64,000 nt of DNA from Neoechinorhynchus agilis (taxonomy: Eukaryota; Animalia; Acanthocephala): positions 7,232,784 to 7,296,783 of the forward strand of contig CM121341.1 of NCBI GenBank assembly GCA_051530055.1, written 5' to 3'. The position numbers were made by a program, and so were the translations under genes. The stretch's first letter is position 1. Every line of letters starts with the position of its first letter. A model generated the notes under the pieces. The model was given only the letters and a program-made list of their open reading frames with translations. It was not told the DNA's origin and did no database searches. Shown here in pieces: positions 1 through 11,139 of this stretch.

Positions 1-271
1 TGCGTTAATTGGTTTCATTTTAGATATTGATTTTAACTTTTTCTGCATATGTGAATAAAGCAATTGAGATTAACATCGGCAATTCGAATCAGCCGGTAAT
101 AAATCTTTAAAAAGGTTGAACATCCAGCTTCGACAATCGATTTCTGATGTTGTGCGTTCGAAAACTATTAGCGATTTCCTTCACATAAAGTAAAAAATGA
201 TCTTTAATTCCACTAAAAGTTTGTTGGAAGGGGGAAGCTGTGAACGGTCTTTCCAGCTTATCCTGTGCAGA

Positions 272-359
272 TGTTCCCGCCGGGAATCGAACCCGGATCT
301 CGATGTAAATGCGCTTTTCCGCGTAAATAACTCCGTGCTTTCCTCTTAGCTACCGGAAC
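272..359 (-). tRNA. tRNA-like gene copy with an acceptor-stem mismatch and a 1-nt insertion
   Basis: Variant of the 757-843 sequence. Confidence 0.55.
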
Positions 360-756
360 CCGTTATTATTGCCAAAAACAGCTATGTAAATACATTTAAA
401 AACTAAACACATAATTTTTACAAGTTTAAATTGTTTTTCAAAAAACAGTCCTATCGATAACAAGCCTGCATAGAGCGAGCAACGCATTGAAATGTTATTG
501 GTTTCATTTTAAATATTGATTTTAACTTTTTCTGCATATGTGAATAAAGCAATTCGTTAACATCGGCAATTCGAATCAGCCGGTAATAAATCTTTAAAGG
601 TTGAACATCCAGCTTCGACAATCGATTTTTGATGTTGTGCGTTCGAAAACTATTAGCGATTTCCTTCACATAAAGTAAAAAATGATCTTTAATTCCACTA
701 AAAGTTTGTTGGAAGGGGGAAGCTGTGAACGGTCTTTCCTGCTTATCCTGTGCAGA

Positions 757-843
757 TGTTCCGGCCGGGAATCGAACCCGGATCTCGATGTAAATGCGCT
801 TTTCCGCGTAAATACTCCGTGCTTTCCTCTTAGCTACCGGAAC
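757..843 (-). tRNA. tRNA-like gene, 87 nt, anticodon ambiguous (TTT or TTA), extended or intron-containing anticodon arm
   Basis: Reverse complement: GTTCCGG TA GCT-AAGAGGAA-AGC A CGGAGTATTTACGCGGAAAAGCGCATTTACATCG AGAT CCGGG-TTCGATT-CCCGG CCGGAAC A. Perfect 7-bp acceptor stem, canonical T-arm/B-box and a D-arm. Confidence 0.7.
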
Positions 844-1243
844 CCGTTATTATTGCCAAAAACAGCTATGTAAATACATTTAAAAACTAAACACATAATT
901 TTTACAAGTTTAAATTGTTTTCAAAAAACAGTCCTATCGATAACAAGCCTGCATAGAGCGAGCAACGCATTGAAATGTTATTGGTTTCATTTTAAATATT
1001 GATTTTAACTTTTTCTGCATATGTGAATAAAGCAATTGCGATTAACATCGGCAATTCGAATCAGCCGGTAATAAATCTTTAAAAAGGTTGAACATCCAGC
1101 TTCGACAATCGATTTTTGATGTTGTGCGTTCGAAAACTATTAGCGATTTCCTTCCCATAAAGTAAAAAATGATCTTTAATTCCACTAAAAGTTTGTTGGA
1201 AGGGGGAAGCTGTGAACGGTCTTTCCTGCTTATCCTGTGCGGA

Positions 1244-1330
1244 TGTTCCGGCCGGGAATCGAACCCGGATCTCGATGTAAATGCGCTTTTCCGCGTAAAT
1301 ACTCCGTGCTTTCCTCTTAGCTACCGGAAC
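1244..1330 (-). tRNA. tRNA-like gene, same as 757-843
   Basis: Same sequence in the next repeat unit. Confidence 0.7.
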
Positions 1331-1730
1331 CCGTTATTATTGCCAAAAACAGCTATGTAAATACATTTAAAAACTAAACACATAATTTTTACTAGTTTAA
1401 ATTGTTTTTCAAAAAACAGTCCTATCGATAACAAGCCTGCATAGAGCGAGCAACACATTGAAATGTTATTGGTTTCATTTTAAATATTGATTTTAACTTT
1501 TTCTGCATATGTGAATAAAGCAATTGCGATTAACATCGGCAATTCGAATCAGCTCGCAATAAATCTTTAAAAAGGTTGAACATCCAGCTTCACAATCGAT
1601 TTCTGATGTTGTGCGTTCGAAAACTATTAGCGATTTCCTTCACATAAAGTAAAAAATGATCTTTAATTCCACTAAAAGTTTGTTGGAAGGGGGAAGCTGT
1701 GAACGGTCTTTCCTGCTTATCCTGTGCAGA

Positions 1731-1810
1731 TGTTCCGGCCGAACCCGGATCTCGATGTAAATGCGCTTTTCCGCGTAAATACTCCGTGCTTTCCTCTTAG
1801 CTACCGGAAC
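1731..1810 (-). pseudogene. tRNA-like copy with a 7-nt T-arm deletion
   Basis: gggaatc is missing relative to the other copies, which destroys the B-box. Confidence 0.6.
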
Positions 1811-2048
1811 CCGTTATTATTGCCAAAAACAGCTAACCTTCCATCGTAATCGCAATTGCTTTATTCACATATGCAGAAAAAGTTAAAATCAATATTTAAA
1901 ATGAAACCAATAACATTTCAATGCGTTGCTCGCTCTATGCAGGCTTGTTATCGATAGGACTGTTTTTTGAAAAACAATTTAAACTAGTAAAAATTATGTG
2001 TTTAGTTTCTAACTGTGTTTCCTAGAGATAAAACGCTAACCTTCCATC

Positions 2049-2134
2049 GTTTTGTAGCTAAGTTGAAAGCACGAAGTATTTACGCGGAATAGCGCATTTG
2101 CATCGAGATCCGGGTTCGATTCCCGGCCGGAACA
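2049..2134 (+). tRNA. diverged inverted tRNA-like copy
   Basis: GTTTTG TA GCTAAGTTGAAAGC ACGAAGTATTTACGCGGAATAGCGCATTTGCATCG AGATCCGGGTTCGATTCCCGGCCGGAACA; T-arm intact, 5' acceptor strand altered. Confidence 0.5.
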
Positions 2135-2982
2135 TCTGCATAGGATAAGCAGGAAAGACCGTTCACAGCTTCCTTCTTTCAAGAAATTAGTTATAACTTT
2201 TAGTGGAATTAAAGATCATTTTTTACTTTAGGTGAAGGAAATCGCTTATAGTTTTCGAACGCACAACATCAAAAATCGATTGTCGAAGCTGGATGTTCAA
2301 CCTTTTTAAAGATTTATTACCGGCTGATTCGAATTGCCGATGTTAATCGCAATTGCTTTATTCACATATGCAGAAAAAGTTAAAATCAATATTATTGTTG
2401 TCGGAATGAAGATATATTTAAAGATCTTCTCAAATTGATTTTTTTAGTTGATAAATATTTGCAATTTATATGTGAAAAAGTCATCTAAGCATAAAATGTC
2501 GGCGATAATTTTTTGATTGCGTTGATTACTTTAAATGTTTCAAGAAACCTACATGCTCATTTGTTGAAAACGACGTCGAACGCTTTAAATTTTCGAATCT
2601 AGCAGTCGTCGAATCTCTTCGATTTATCGATTAATTCAACGAAAAACCCCCAGAGAAGATAAAAATCATGTCGATCAGGGATCGTAGTATTTAATACTCT
2701 TATAGAAAGAAAAAAAACAACCAGGAACACTTCACGTCGCTGAATTCCCTTACGAAGCAAGGTACATAAACTACTGCCATTCTGAATTATTATCGTCTTT
2801 AAAAACGTCGTTTTCGGATGAAAACTGACCATTAATCGGATAATTTACATTGCATTTATCGTTAGCCTTGCGTAGTAACCTGTAAAGTTTTGGTCAAACT
2901 ACCATTGTTCGCTTAACCTCCAGCACGAAATCGTAACTTTCGTTAGCGTTGCAATTGCAAAAAAAACTCAATTAGAGATTAA

Positions 2983-5900
2983 ATGATCTGTTTCTTGTTT
3001 CTCGTTCTTGTTCTACATAAAATCATCCATACTAACGGAAAAAATATTTTTTGTTATTACACAAATTGGGCCCAGTATCGACCAGCCGAGTTTGCTTTCA
3101 ATCCTGAGCATCTAAATCCGTTTATTTGTACTCACTACATCTACGCGTTTGCCGTTGTCCATCGATCAACGTATAAAATACAACCTTATGAATGGAATGA
3201 TGAGGATCAGGATGCTAGGCAGCCTGGAATGTAAGCTAATGTATCATTGAACTATTAGGAATAATTTCAGAAATTTTATATACGAGTTATTTATTCTATT
3301 GAACAAAATTGTTCTTTTTGTCGTCCTCCATCGCATCAGTTTTATTATGATTGTTCGTCAACTTCCTTGATGGCCGCGTTGGATCGCTGCAAGCATATCG
3401 CTGATGGCATATTTCAGCATCTTTCCCAGTGCTTCTTTTCTGAAGCATCCCAACGTTTCCACCTCAATCGGGATAAATATGCCCATCGAGCGAGGAGTAT
3501 TTATGCCGCTTCTTTTCCTCGCGGAAGCTGGCGACTGCCCCCTGCTGCGTGTTGGGGCAAGTAAAATCCCAAAAAGTATTTTTATTGGAAACTCATTTTA
3601 TAAGCGCAATATGCGTTTAGATCCTCATATAATTAGACTTTTTGTTAAAAAATTGAACAATGAATATTTTGAACGTAACCTCGGTCCGAGTGGATTAATT
3701 AGACGCTGAATGATATTCAAAAGTGATATTTTCGCGAATTTTCGCATGTACACCACTGGGAATTTCAAAATTGAACAATGAATATTTTGAACGTAACCTC
3801 GGTCCGAGTGGATTAATTAGACGCTGAATGATATTCAAAAGTGATATTTTTGCATGTACACCACCGGGAATTTCTCTAAAATCACTGCTTCCCTTTTTGT
3901 TAAAAAATTGAACAATGAATATTTTGAACGTAACCTCGGTCCGAGTGGATTAATTAGACGCTGAATGATATTCAAAAGTGATATTTTTGCATGTACACCA
4001 CGGGAATTTCAAAATTGAACAATGAATATTTTGAACGTAACCTCGGTCCGAGTGGATTAATTGCATGTACACCACTGGGAATTTCAAAATTGAACAATGA
4101 ATATTTTGAACGTAACCTCGGTCCGAGTGGATTAATTAGACGCTGAATGATATTCAAAAGTGATATTTTTGCATGTACACCACCGGGAATTTCTCTAAAA
4201 TCACTGCTTCCCTTTTTGTTAAAAAATTGAACAATGAATATTTTGAACGTAACCTCGGTCCGAGTGGATTAATTAGACGCTGAATGATATTCAAAGGTGA
4301 TATTTTTGCATGTACACCACCGGGAATTTCTCTAAAATCACTAAAATTGAACAATGAATATTTTGAACGTAACCTCGGTCCGAGTGGATTAATTAGACGC
4401 TGAATGATATTCAAAAGTGATATTTTTGCATGTACACCACCGGGAATTTCTCTAAAATCACTGCTTCCTTTTTGTTAAAAAATTGAACAATGAATATTTT
4501 GAACGTAACCTCGGTCCGAGTGGATTAATTAGACGCTGAATGATATTCAAAAGTGATATTTTGGATTTTCGCATGTACACCACTGGGAATTTCAAAATTG
4601 AACAATGAATATTTTGAACGTAACCTCGGTCCGAGTGGATTAATTAGACGCTGAATGATATTCAAAAGTGATATTTTTGCATGTACACCACCGGGAATTT
4701 CTCTAAAATCACTGCTTCCCTTTTTGTTAAAAAATTGAACAATGAATATTTTGAACGTAACCTCGGTCCGAGTGGATTAATTAGACGCTGAATGATATTC
4801 AAAAGTGATATTTTCGCGATTTTCGCATGTACACCACTGGGAATTTCAAAATTGAACAATGAATATTTTGAACGTAACCTCGGTCGAGTGGATTAATTAG
4901 ACGCTGAATGATATTCAAAAGTGATATTTTTGCATGTACACCACCGGGAATTTCTCTAAAATCACTGCTTCCCTTTTTGTTAAAAAATTGAACAATGAAT
5001 ATTTTGAACGTAACCTCGGTCCGAGTGGATTAATTAGACGCTGAATGATATTTAAGGGTGATATTTTTGCATGTACACCACCGGGAATTTCTCTAAAATC
5101 ACTGCTTCCCTTTTTGTTAAAAAATTGAACAATGAATATTTGTAACGTAACCTCGGTCCGAGTGGATTAATTAGACGCTGAATGATATTCAAAAGTGATA
5201 TTTTTGCATGTACACCACCGGGAATTTCTCTAAAATCACTTCGGCACTTTTCCTCAGTACCGATATTAAATATCTTTCTGGATTTTTAGGTATTCAAGGT
5301 TTATCAGGGAAGTGAGGAAAGGACAGGGTAGAGCCTTGCTGGCAGTCGGAGGTTGGAACTTCGGCATGCGTGTGGCTTCACCAATGATGGATGATTCACA
5401 CAAACGGGCGATATTCATTAATAGCACAATGGAGCTTCTAAAAAAATAGTAAGTTTTTCGAGCATTGAAAAAGTTTTAAAAACGTACAATTAGCGACTTT
5501 GATGGACTGGATGTTGATTTTGAGTATCCTAATAATCAAGACACCGGTGGACGCCCTGCCGATAAAATGAACTTTTTGATTCTAATAAAGGTTACAAATC
5601 AACTGAAGTTTTAAGCTGATCTCTCGTTCAAACAGGAAATTAGAGACGCCTTTAATGCTGAGCTCCTTCGATCAGGACGAGCATACCTTTTAACTGCAGC
5701 TGTCGCACCACTACCAAACAGGGCAAATAACGCCTATACTCCTGGTCAATTGGCAAAGTTGGTCTCAAATCTTTCAAGGTCTTCAACCGACTCAAATTTA
5801 TCTTAGATATGTCGATTATATCAGCGTTATGGCATATGATATGCACGGTGCTTGGGAGCGAACAGTTGGGTTCAATGCACCACTGAAGTCTTCGTTGAAC

Positions 5901-6525
5901 ACAAGCTCCCCTTTCCACGATTGGAGCGTAGTAAGCTATATAACGAAAAAAATGACATTAATTTAACTGATGATTTCTTTAAGAACTCAGCTATTAAGTA
6001 CTGGATTAATGATCAACATTTTCCCAGGGAGAGGATTAATCTGGGTCTAGCACTCTACGGTCGGACATTCACGCTTCAAAGTCCAAATGATTTAAGACCA
6101 TATTACGGAAGGAACCGAGGACCCGGTATCGCTGGACCTGGAACTCGTGAACCAGGAGTTTTGAGTTTTGTTGAAATTTGGAAGAAGTATTTACCGGATC
6201 AGAAGCATCCGCGGTGGTTTGATCTTGAACGGTTTGTGCCATATATTACCGACGGAAATGAATGGGTGACTTTTGATGATGCAGAAAGTTTGCTTCTTAA
6301 GGTTAGCAGCAATCTTTAACACTTAGTTATAATACAAAAAAATAGGTGAATTTCGCAAAATGTTACGATCTGGGAGGACTGATGTTTTGGGCTCTAGACT
6401 ATGATGATTTCAATGGCCAATGTGGAATCAGCGTTAATAATGATAAAAAGTTTCCTTTGATCCGAGCATGCCGACACTTGTTTGAACATCCTCTAAACGT
6501 TGACGTTTGTCGCATTGTAATCTGA
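2983..6525 (+). CDS. GH18 chitinase, secreted, 7 exons, no chitin-binding module seen
   Basis: Signal-like N-terminus, CYYTNWAQYR, CTHYIYAFA, LLAVGGWNFG, catalytic FDGLDVDFEYP, VMAYDMHGAW, GLALYGRTF, WVTFDD, GGLMFWALDYDDF. Exons ~2983-3230, 5290-5447, 5494-5590, 5636-5756, 5807-5930, 5984-6300 and 6346-6525 with GT-AG introns; intron 1 is ~2.06 kb. Confidence 0.93.
3362..3570 (-). mobile_element. decayed CRE-like non-LTR retrotransposon, C-terminal restriction-like endonuclease region
   Basis: Translates as ...FIPIEVETLGCFRKEALGKMLKYAISDMLAAIQRGHQGS, resembling the FxPxAVETLG...IAIQRGNAAS motif of CRE-type ORFs. Lies in chitinase intron 1. Confidence 0.6.
3640..5240. repeat. ~118/137-bp tandem satellite, 13 core copies, in chitinase intron 1
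   Basis: Core aattgaacaatgaatattttgaacgtaacctcggtccgagtggattaattagacgctgaatgatattc repeated 13 times with alternating long and short spacer variants. Confidence 0.95.
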
Positions 6526-6566
6526 AGCTTTTTATGCGTTGATTATTAAAAAGATGGTTTTCTTCA

Positions 6567-6657
6567 ATGGAATTGTGGGGATTCGAACATTGGTCCCGGT
6601 TTGCACGCGATTCGAATTTCCAAGTTCAAACCTTGAAACCGCTGACCATTCCAACAT
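6567..6657 (-). pseudogene. degenerate Ser/Leu-type (long variable arm) tRNA
   Basis: Reverse complement GTTGGAATGGTCAGCGGTTTCAAGGTTTGAACTTGGAAATTCGAATCGCGTGCAAACCGGGACCAATGTTCGAATCCCCACAATTCC; A-box-like and GTTCGAATCC B-box, 8-nt anticodon loop, poor T and acceptor stems. Confidence 0.5.
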
Positions 6658-6849
6658 ATTTACTCACAGAACAAAGGAGTATTTCTAAAGTATTAAGATC
6701 GTTTCAAAGGACTTTTATTGTATATCGCTTAGCTAAATTCCATCGAAAATGTTTTAGTAGCAATTTTAACAAGCTTTTAGATTATTTCTTTGTAAGAAAT
6801 TAATATCATGACTTTTTTGAAAGACAATTTATTGATCTAATTATACTCG

Positions 6850-7620
6850 TGGCATCGACCACGACCCAGCTCGCAGCCCGTCCCATGTCTTAAGAAAGTC
6901 TTACCCGTGTGGTCGCTTCACTCATTCAACGACCCAATTAGTCGCATAGTTTTAAGGCGGACTTCCTGAGCGACCCATATGTCTCGACCTGTGGTGGCCA
7001 CGCTTCCAATGTCTATTCGAACCAGTCGAATAGATAGCTCCGCTTGACTCCATTTTGTATCCGAGATGGAGATATTCAATGTGTGCCACACATGCGACCT
7101 CAATTTGCCGTCCACCTTTTTTGCCAAGGTTGCCAAATGCTCGAAATAGAAGGCAGCCCGTAGTTTATGTAGTAACTTAGGGATATACAGGTTGCTTGGG
7201 ATAACAGGAACATAGTTTCATGTGCTGTGAGATCGCGAGCCCGTTAGTAGAACAATTCTAGTTTGGGAAGCTCCTCATTGTCCTCACGCTCGATATTTGA
7301 TCCAAGCCGTATTGATCGATCGGATTCTGGGAGCAACAAAGTTGAAATCAGAAACATTCAAGGCCACGATTTGACACTTTTTTGTGGTTGATATTAAGGC
7401 CTACAGAGGCCGAACCAGGAAACACCAACGAGTGTAAGGACATCCTCGATGTATATACATTTGAGTTTCGATCGCAGGCTGCAAACGATTTTGGTCATAA
7501 CTAGGGAGAAGCCCAATGGACCAAGAGGATTTTCCTGTTGAACTCATGCCTCTGATCAAATGACTCGGTCTTCGTCCACTAAGAAGTATCGGCACGCCTC
7601 TGGTGCATCGTTTCGCTACT
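6850..7620 (-). mobile_element. decayed CRE-like retrotransposon reverse transcriptase fragment
   Basis: Frameshifted segments VQQENPLGPLGFSLV, SLRSKLKCIYIEDVLTLVG, GLNINHKKCQI and LNISISDTKWSQAELSIRL match CRE RT motifs (GVQQGDPLGPLLF, WYLDDG, QASLPVRLGGLG). Confidence 0.7.
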
Positions 7621-8494
7621 GATTTCGCCTTATAATTCTCTCTTTTAGCTGATGAAGATGAGATATTTGGATGATCAAAAAAAATTAATTTCTAACAGAA
7701 GCCAATCTTTCACTTTATTCGCGGAAACCCTCGAGATTTTGCATGGCTCTTTCGACATCAGTGTAAAAAAATTGCTAAGGTATTCCCTTTTTTTATCGTT
7801 GGCGGATCAAACAGATCCTTTGTAGAATACACGAAGATCACGATCACTTCTTAGAATTCGCTGGGTTCTATATTACCTAATTTGCTTAACTCAACGTTCG
7901 GTGTATGTCTAAAAAATTATTTGAGTATGAAAATTATGAATTGCACATAAAAGTCATGGAGAATTTCAGTTTTTTTAAAAACTAGCGAATGAAATCCTTT
8001 GACTTTTATAAAGATTTTTCGGGCGTTAACCAATCAAAAGTCAGAACATTATTAGCGTTGAATAAACCGATTTACCTCAATCGTTAGTCATGCTGTTTCG
8101 CAATCCAGGAAAAATTAAGAACCCAATGAAGATTTAATATCCCCATATCAAAAAACTAGACGCCGAATTGAGAGTGCAGTCACTTGAGCGTGGTCATTTC
8201 TGTTGCTAGTAATTTCCGCCTATTCCTCGGGCATTCAAGTTTTCCAGTCCTTGAAAGTAGTAATTTTAAACTTCCCAAAATGAAAATCTAAATATTTAAT
8301 TTCCCATCTTTGTCCGGTTCCTCGTTATGCCCAATTTCACGTAACAAACTACTTTGCCATCACGCTCCTTTTCCGTTTGTCATGGTTATTTTAGTAGGAA
8401 ATGTCAAAGCGTAATAACTATTTGTTTTTCTGCCATTGGACCAGTTTCCGATAACAGAAAAACCAATGTCATTTAATCAAGTACAATAGAACGT

Positions 8495-9145
8495 CTTTTA
8501 TACGCGAATTAATTGGGACCGAACAACATTCCGATAAGAGATTTTTTCGGATAATCGAACCCCAATGTGATTTATCCCATTTTTAAGCTGGACTACAGAT
8601 ATCAAATTAATTAGCATGCGACGATGGGAAGTGGTTTAAAGCAGTAAAATTGTGGTCGTTATTGATGAGAATAATCACTTATTTGATTTCTGTACCCGAT
8701 CGCAGAGATTCGTTTTTTTTGTTGCAGGGATGATAACATTCTGATCCGAATAAAATTGACGTTTCGGATAATCGATTTTCCATTGTATTTAACTTTAAGA
8801 AACAATTTTCCCAGAGAACATGCTTTAAGTTCGTTTTCTTTGACAGCATCTTGAAAAGATTTCATTATAAAAATCTCAACTGGGAATTTTTTCTCTGAAA
8901 CTTCAACACAGTAGAATTTCGTTTATGCGCCTATTAATTGGGACCGGGCATTATTCGGATGCGATATTTTTTCTCCGGATAACCAAAAATCCAACATGAT
9001 TGATTCCATTTTTAAAGCTGGACTACAGATATCAAATTAATTAGTATGCGGCGATGGGAAGTGATTTCTACCAGCAAAATTGTGGTCGTTATTAATGGAA
9101 ATAATCACTTATTTGATTTCTGTACCCGATCGCAGAGATTCGTGT
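8495..9145 (+). repeat. two diverged direct copies (~8495-8715, ~8920-9145) of a ~215-bp dispersed repeat; a partial inverted copy lies at ~55345-55440
   Basis: Shared aattaattgggacc...aagctggactacagatatcaaattaattag...atttctgtacccgatcgcagagattcg. Confidence 0.8.
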
Positions 9146-11139
9146 TTTGCTGAACGCAGTAACATAAAGTTCATGAAGTTTACATGTGGAGATAATCGAC
9201 GTTTGGCTATTAACACGGACTTTCCATTGGGTTCGGATTTCATTAGACGTCGTTAGCATAAACTGGATTCTTCGCTTTAAATTCAAGACCATGATTTGTG
9301 AAGAAACAAAATTAAACAAAATACATAGTCTGGCGTATACGCTGCTTAATATGCCATGTCGTCCGACTACATTTCCGCCACGCTGTCTTGGTTGTCAAAG
9401 CACTCTCACAAATTCCTGATGAGCCATATTACTTGAAATCCAAGTAGTCCGGACACTCTGTCAATTGAACTAATCTCCCGTAGGCTCAGCTATCTAAGTG
9501 GTCTCCCCTTTAGCACAGAATGACACCATTTGTTCCTCCAGGCAACATCGCCTGGCAGGTGATTCTCCCATCATGTATATACAAAATTCGCTTTCTTCAT
9601 CCTTAACGATCTAGGCGATCTTCTCGTTGATGAGAAAAACTTGCATCGTATACTTATACCACTTTTTTCCCCAAAAAATAGAGGGGAGTATACTTTTGGT
9701 GAACATAATCCGTTGGTCGTAACATATTTGATTTACAGGGGAAATTTTACACATATTTAAAAACTTCAAATAAATCAAATATGTTATGAAAGGCAAATTA
9801 TTTTCACCAAAAGTTTACATTGATTAACCCGATTGAATTTTGAGGAACTTTTTTTATCGTGATATTTTGACAGTAGAAGACGTCCAGATGACAGGCGAAA
9901 TGCTTAAAAACGATGTCGAAAATTGAGGCCACAATCTTTTGATTGGTTTCAGATGTACAGTCCCGAATCAGTCGGTCTGGACGGTTGAAAGCGTTTGTTA
10001 ATTCCTACAAATAATTCGATTGATTTTGTGTTTAAACCAACCATTAAGATCGAATTAATTTTGACCGATGAGCTCCGACATAAAACTTACTTTTTTTAAG
10101 AACAACCAATTTTTTGTATGTAAGCTTTTTACTCGTAGTCGCGATTATTCATCGTGGAACGTCAAAAAGATATACTTTTAAAAAGTTTATGTAGTTGACA
10201 GCAAATATATGCGGATAATTGACTATTTTGCATAATCGACATTAGTACCAACAAGTGTTTATCCCTATTTTTTGAAATTTAAAAAAATAGTTTAAAAACT
10301 TTGATTTCAAGACGTGCAGCTAACTATTTTTATCGTAGAGTGAGCAATTCACAAAGGGGCTGCTTAATCCTCGAGGCAATTGATGATAAAAAAATGTTGG
10401 CGTTCCCATCGGAACTTGAGCTCTTAGATAAAGAAAATCCGAAATATTTCTTAGAAGTCTTTACCCACAGCAAAGAATTTTTAATGGAGACGTTCTGCTA
10501 ACTTCGCCTGGCACAAACTGATAATGAATCTAGAACGTCTTTTGGTTAAAGACTCTTCAAATGTTTTTATATGACGGAAAATTTAAAAGAATTTATTGAT
10601 TCCAATATTTGGGCGCAGTTTCTTTGTTAAGGTTGACAAAATGAGCAGTTCACTCACAAAAAATTAAATATTCCGATTATTAGTATTATTGGGTTCCTTA
10701 CGAAACCTTAACGTCTCACTTTGGTATTTTAGCACACCCTAAAGCAGCATGTTTATCATCAATGTCGAAAAAGCATTTCTTTATCCGTAACCCTTTTACG
10801 GGCAACTTTGGGGGGAGTATAAACTGGGTTAGCTGAGAAGAGTTGGCAACATGAGCATGCGTGCAAGCGCGACATTTGCCTGCAATATGGGAGTACCGAG
10901 ACAAGCCTACTTTGCTTCCCTTTGTCTTTTTTTTAAGAACGTGCGAAGAAGTATTTTGTTTCTATTGTTTTCTGGCGCATTCATTGTATTGAACGCTAAA
11001 TCAATCAGTACGAGAGAGAGCGAGAAAAAAGAAGGTAGAACTAATCAACAACTTTCGTCTTATTTCCTATTACAATAACCTTGCAAACAAGGCCGAACAC
11101 TGTTCAATGTTTTGCGGAATTATCCAAAAAATAGTCGAT

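Larger units (their letters stand above)
1..2392. repeat. ~487-bp tandem repeat (about 4 copies, then inverted partial copies), each unit carrying a tRNA-like gene
   Basis: Near-identical units; the tRNA-like core recurs at 272, 757, 1244 and 1731 (period 485-487). From ~1848 the same sequence is in reverse orientation. The window starts inside the array. Confidence 0.95.

Noticed and set aside
451-1360. Short ORFs in the 487-bp repeat
   Set aside because: They overlap the tRNA-like gene and are not preserved in all units.
3705-3725. CTGAATGA in the 137-bp satellite as a hammerhead core
   Set aside because: No GAAA or stems in register.
3362-7620. A single CRE element split by, or capturing, chitinase exons 2-7
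   Set aside because: The fragments are collinear, but the chitinase is intact across exon 1; two independent insertions are simpler.
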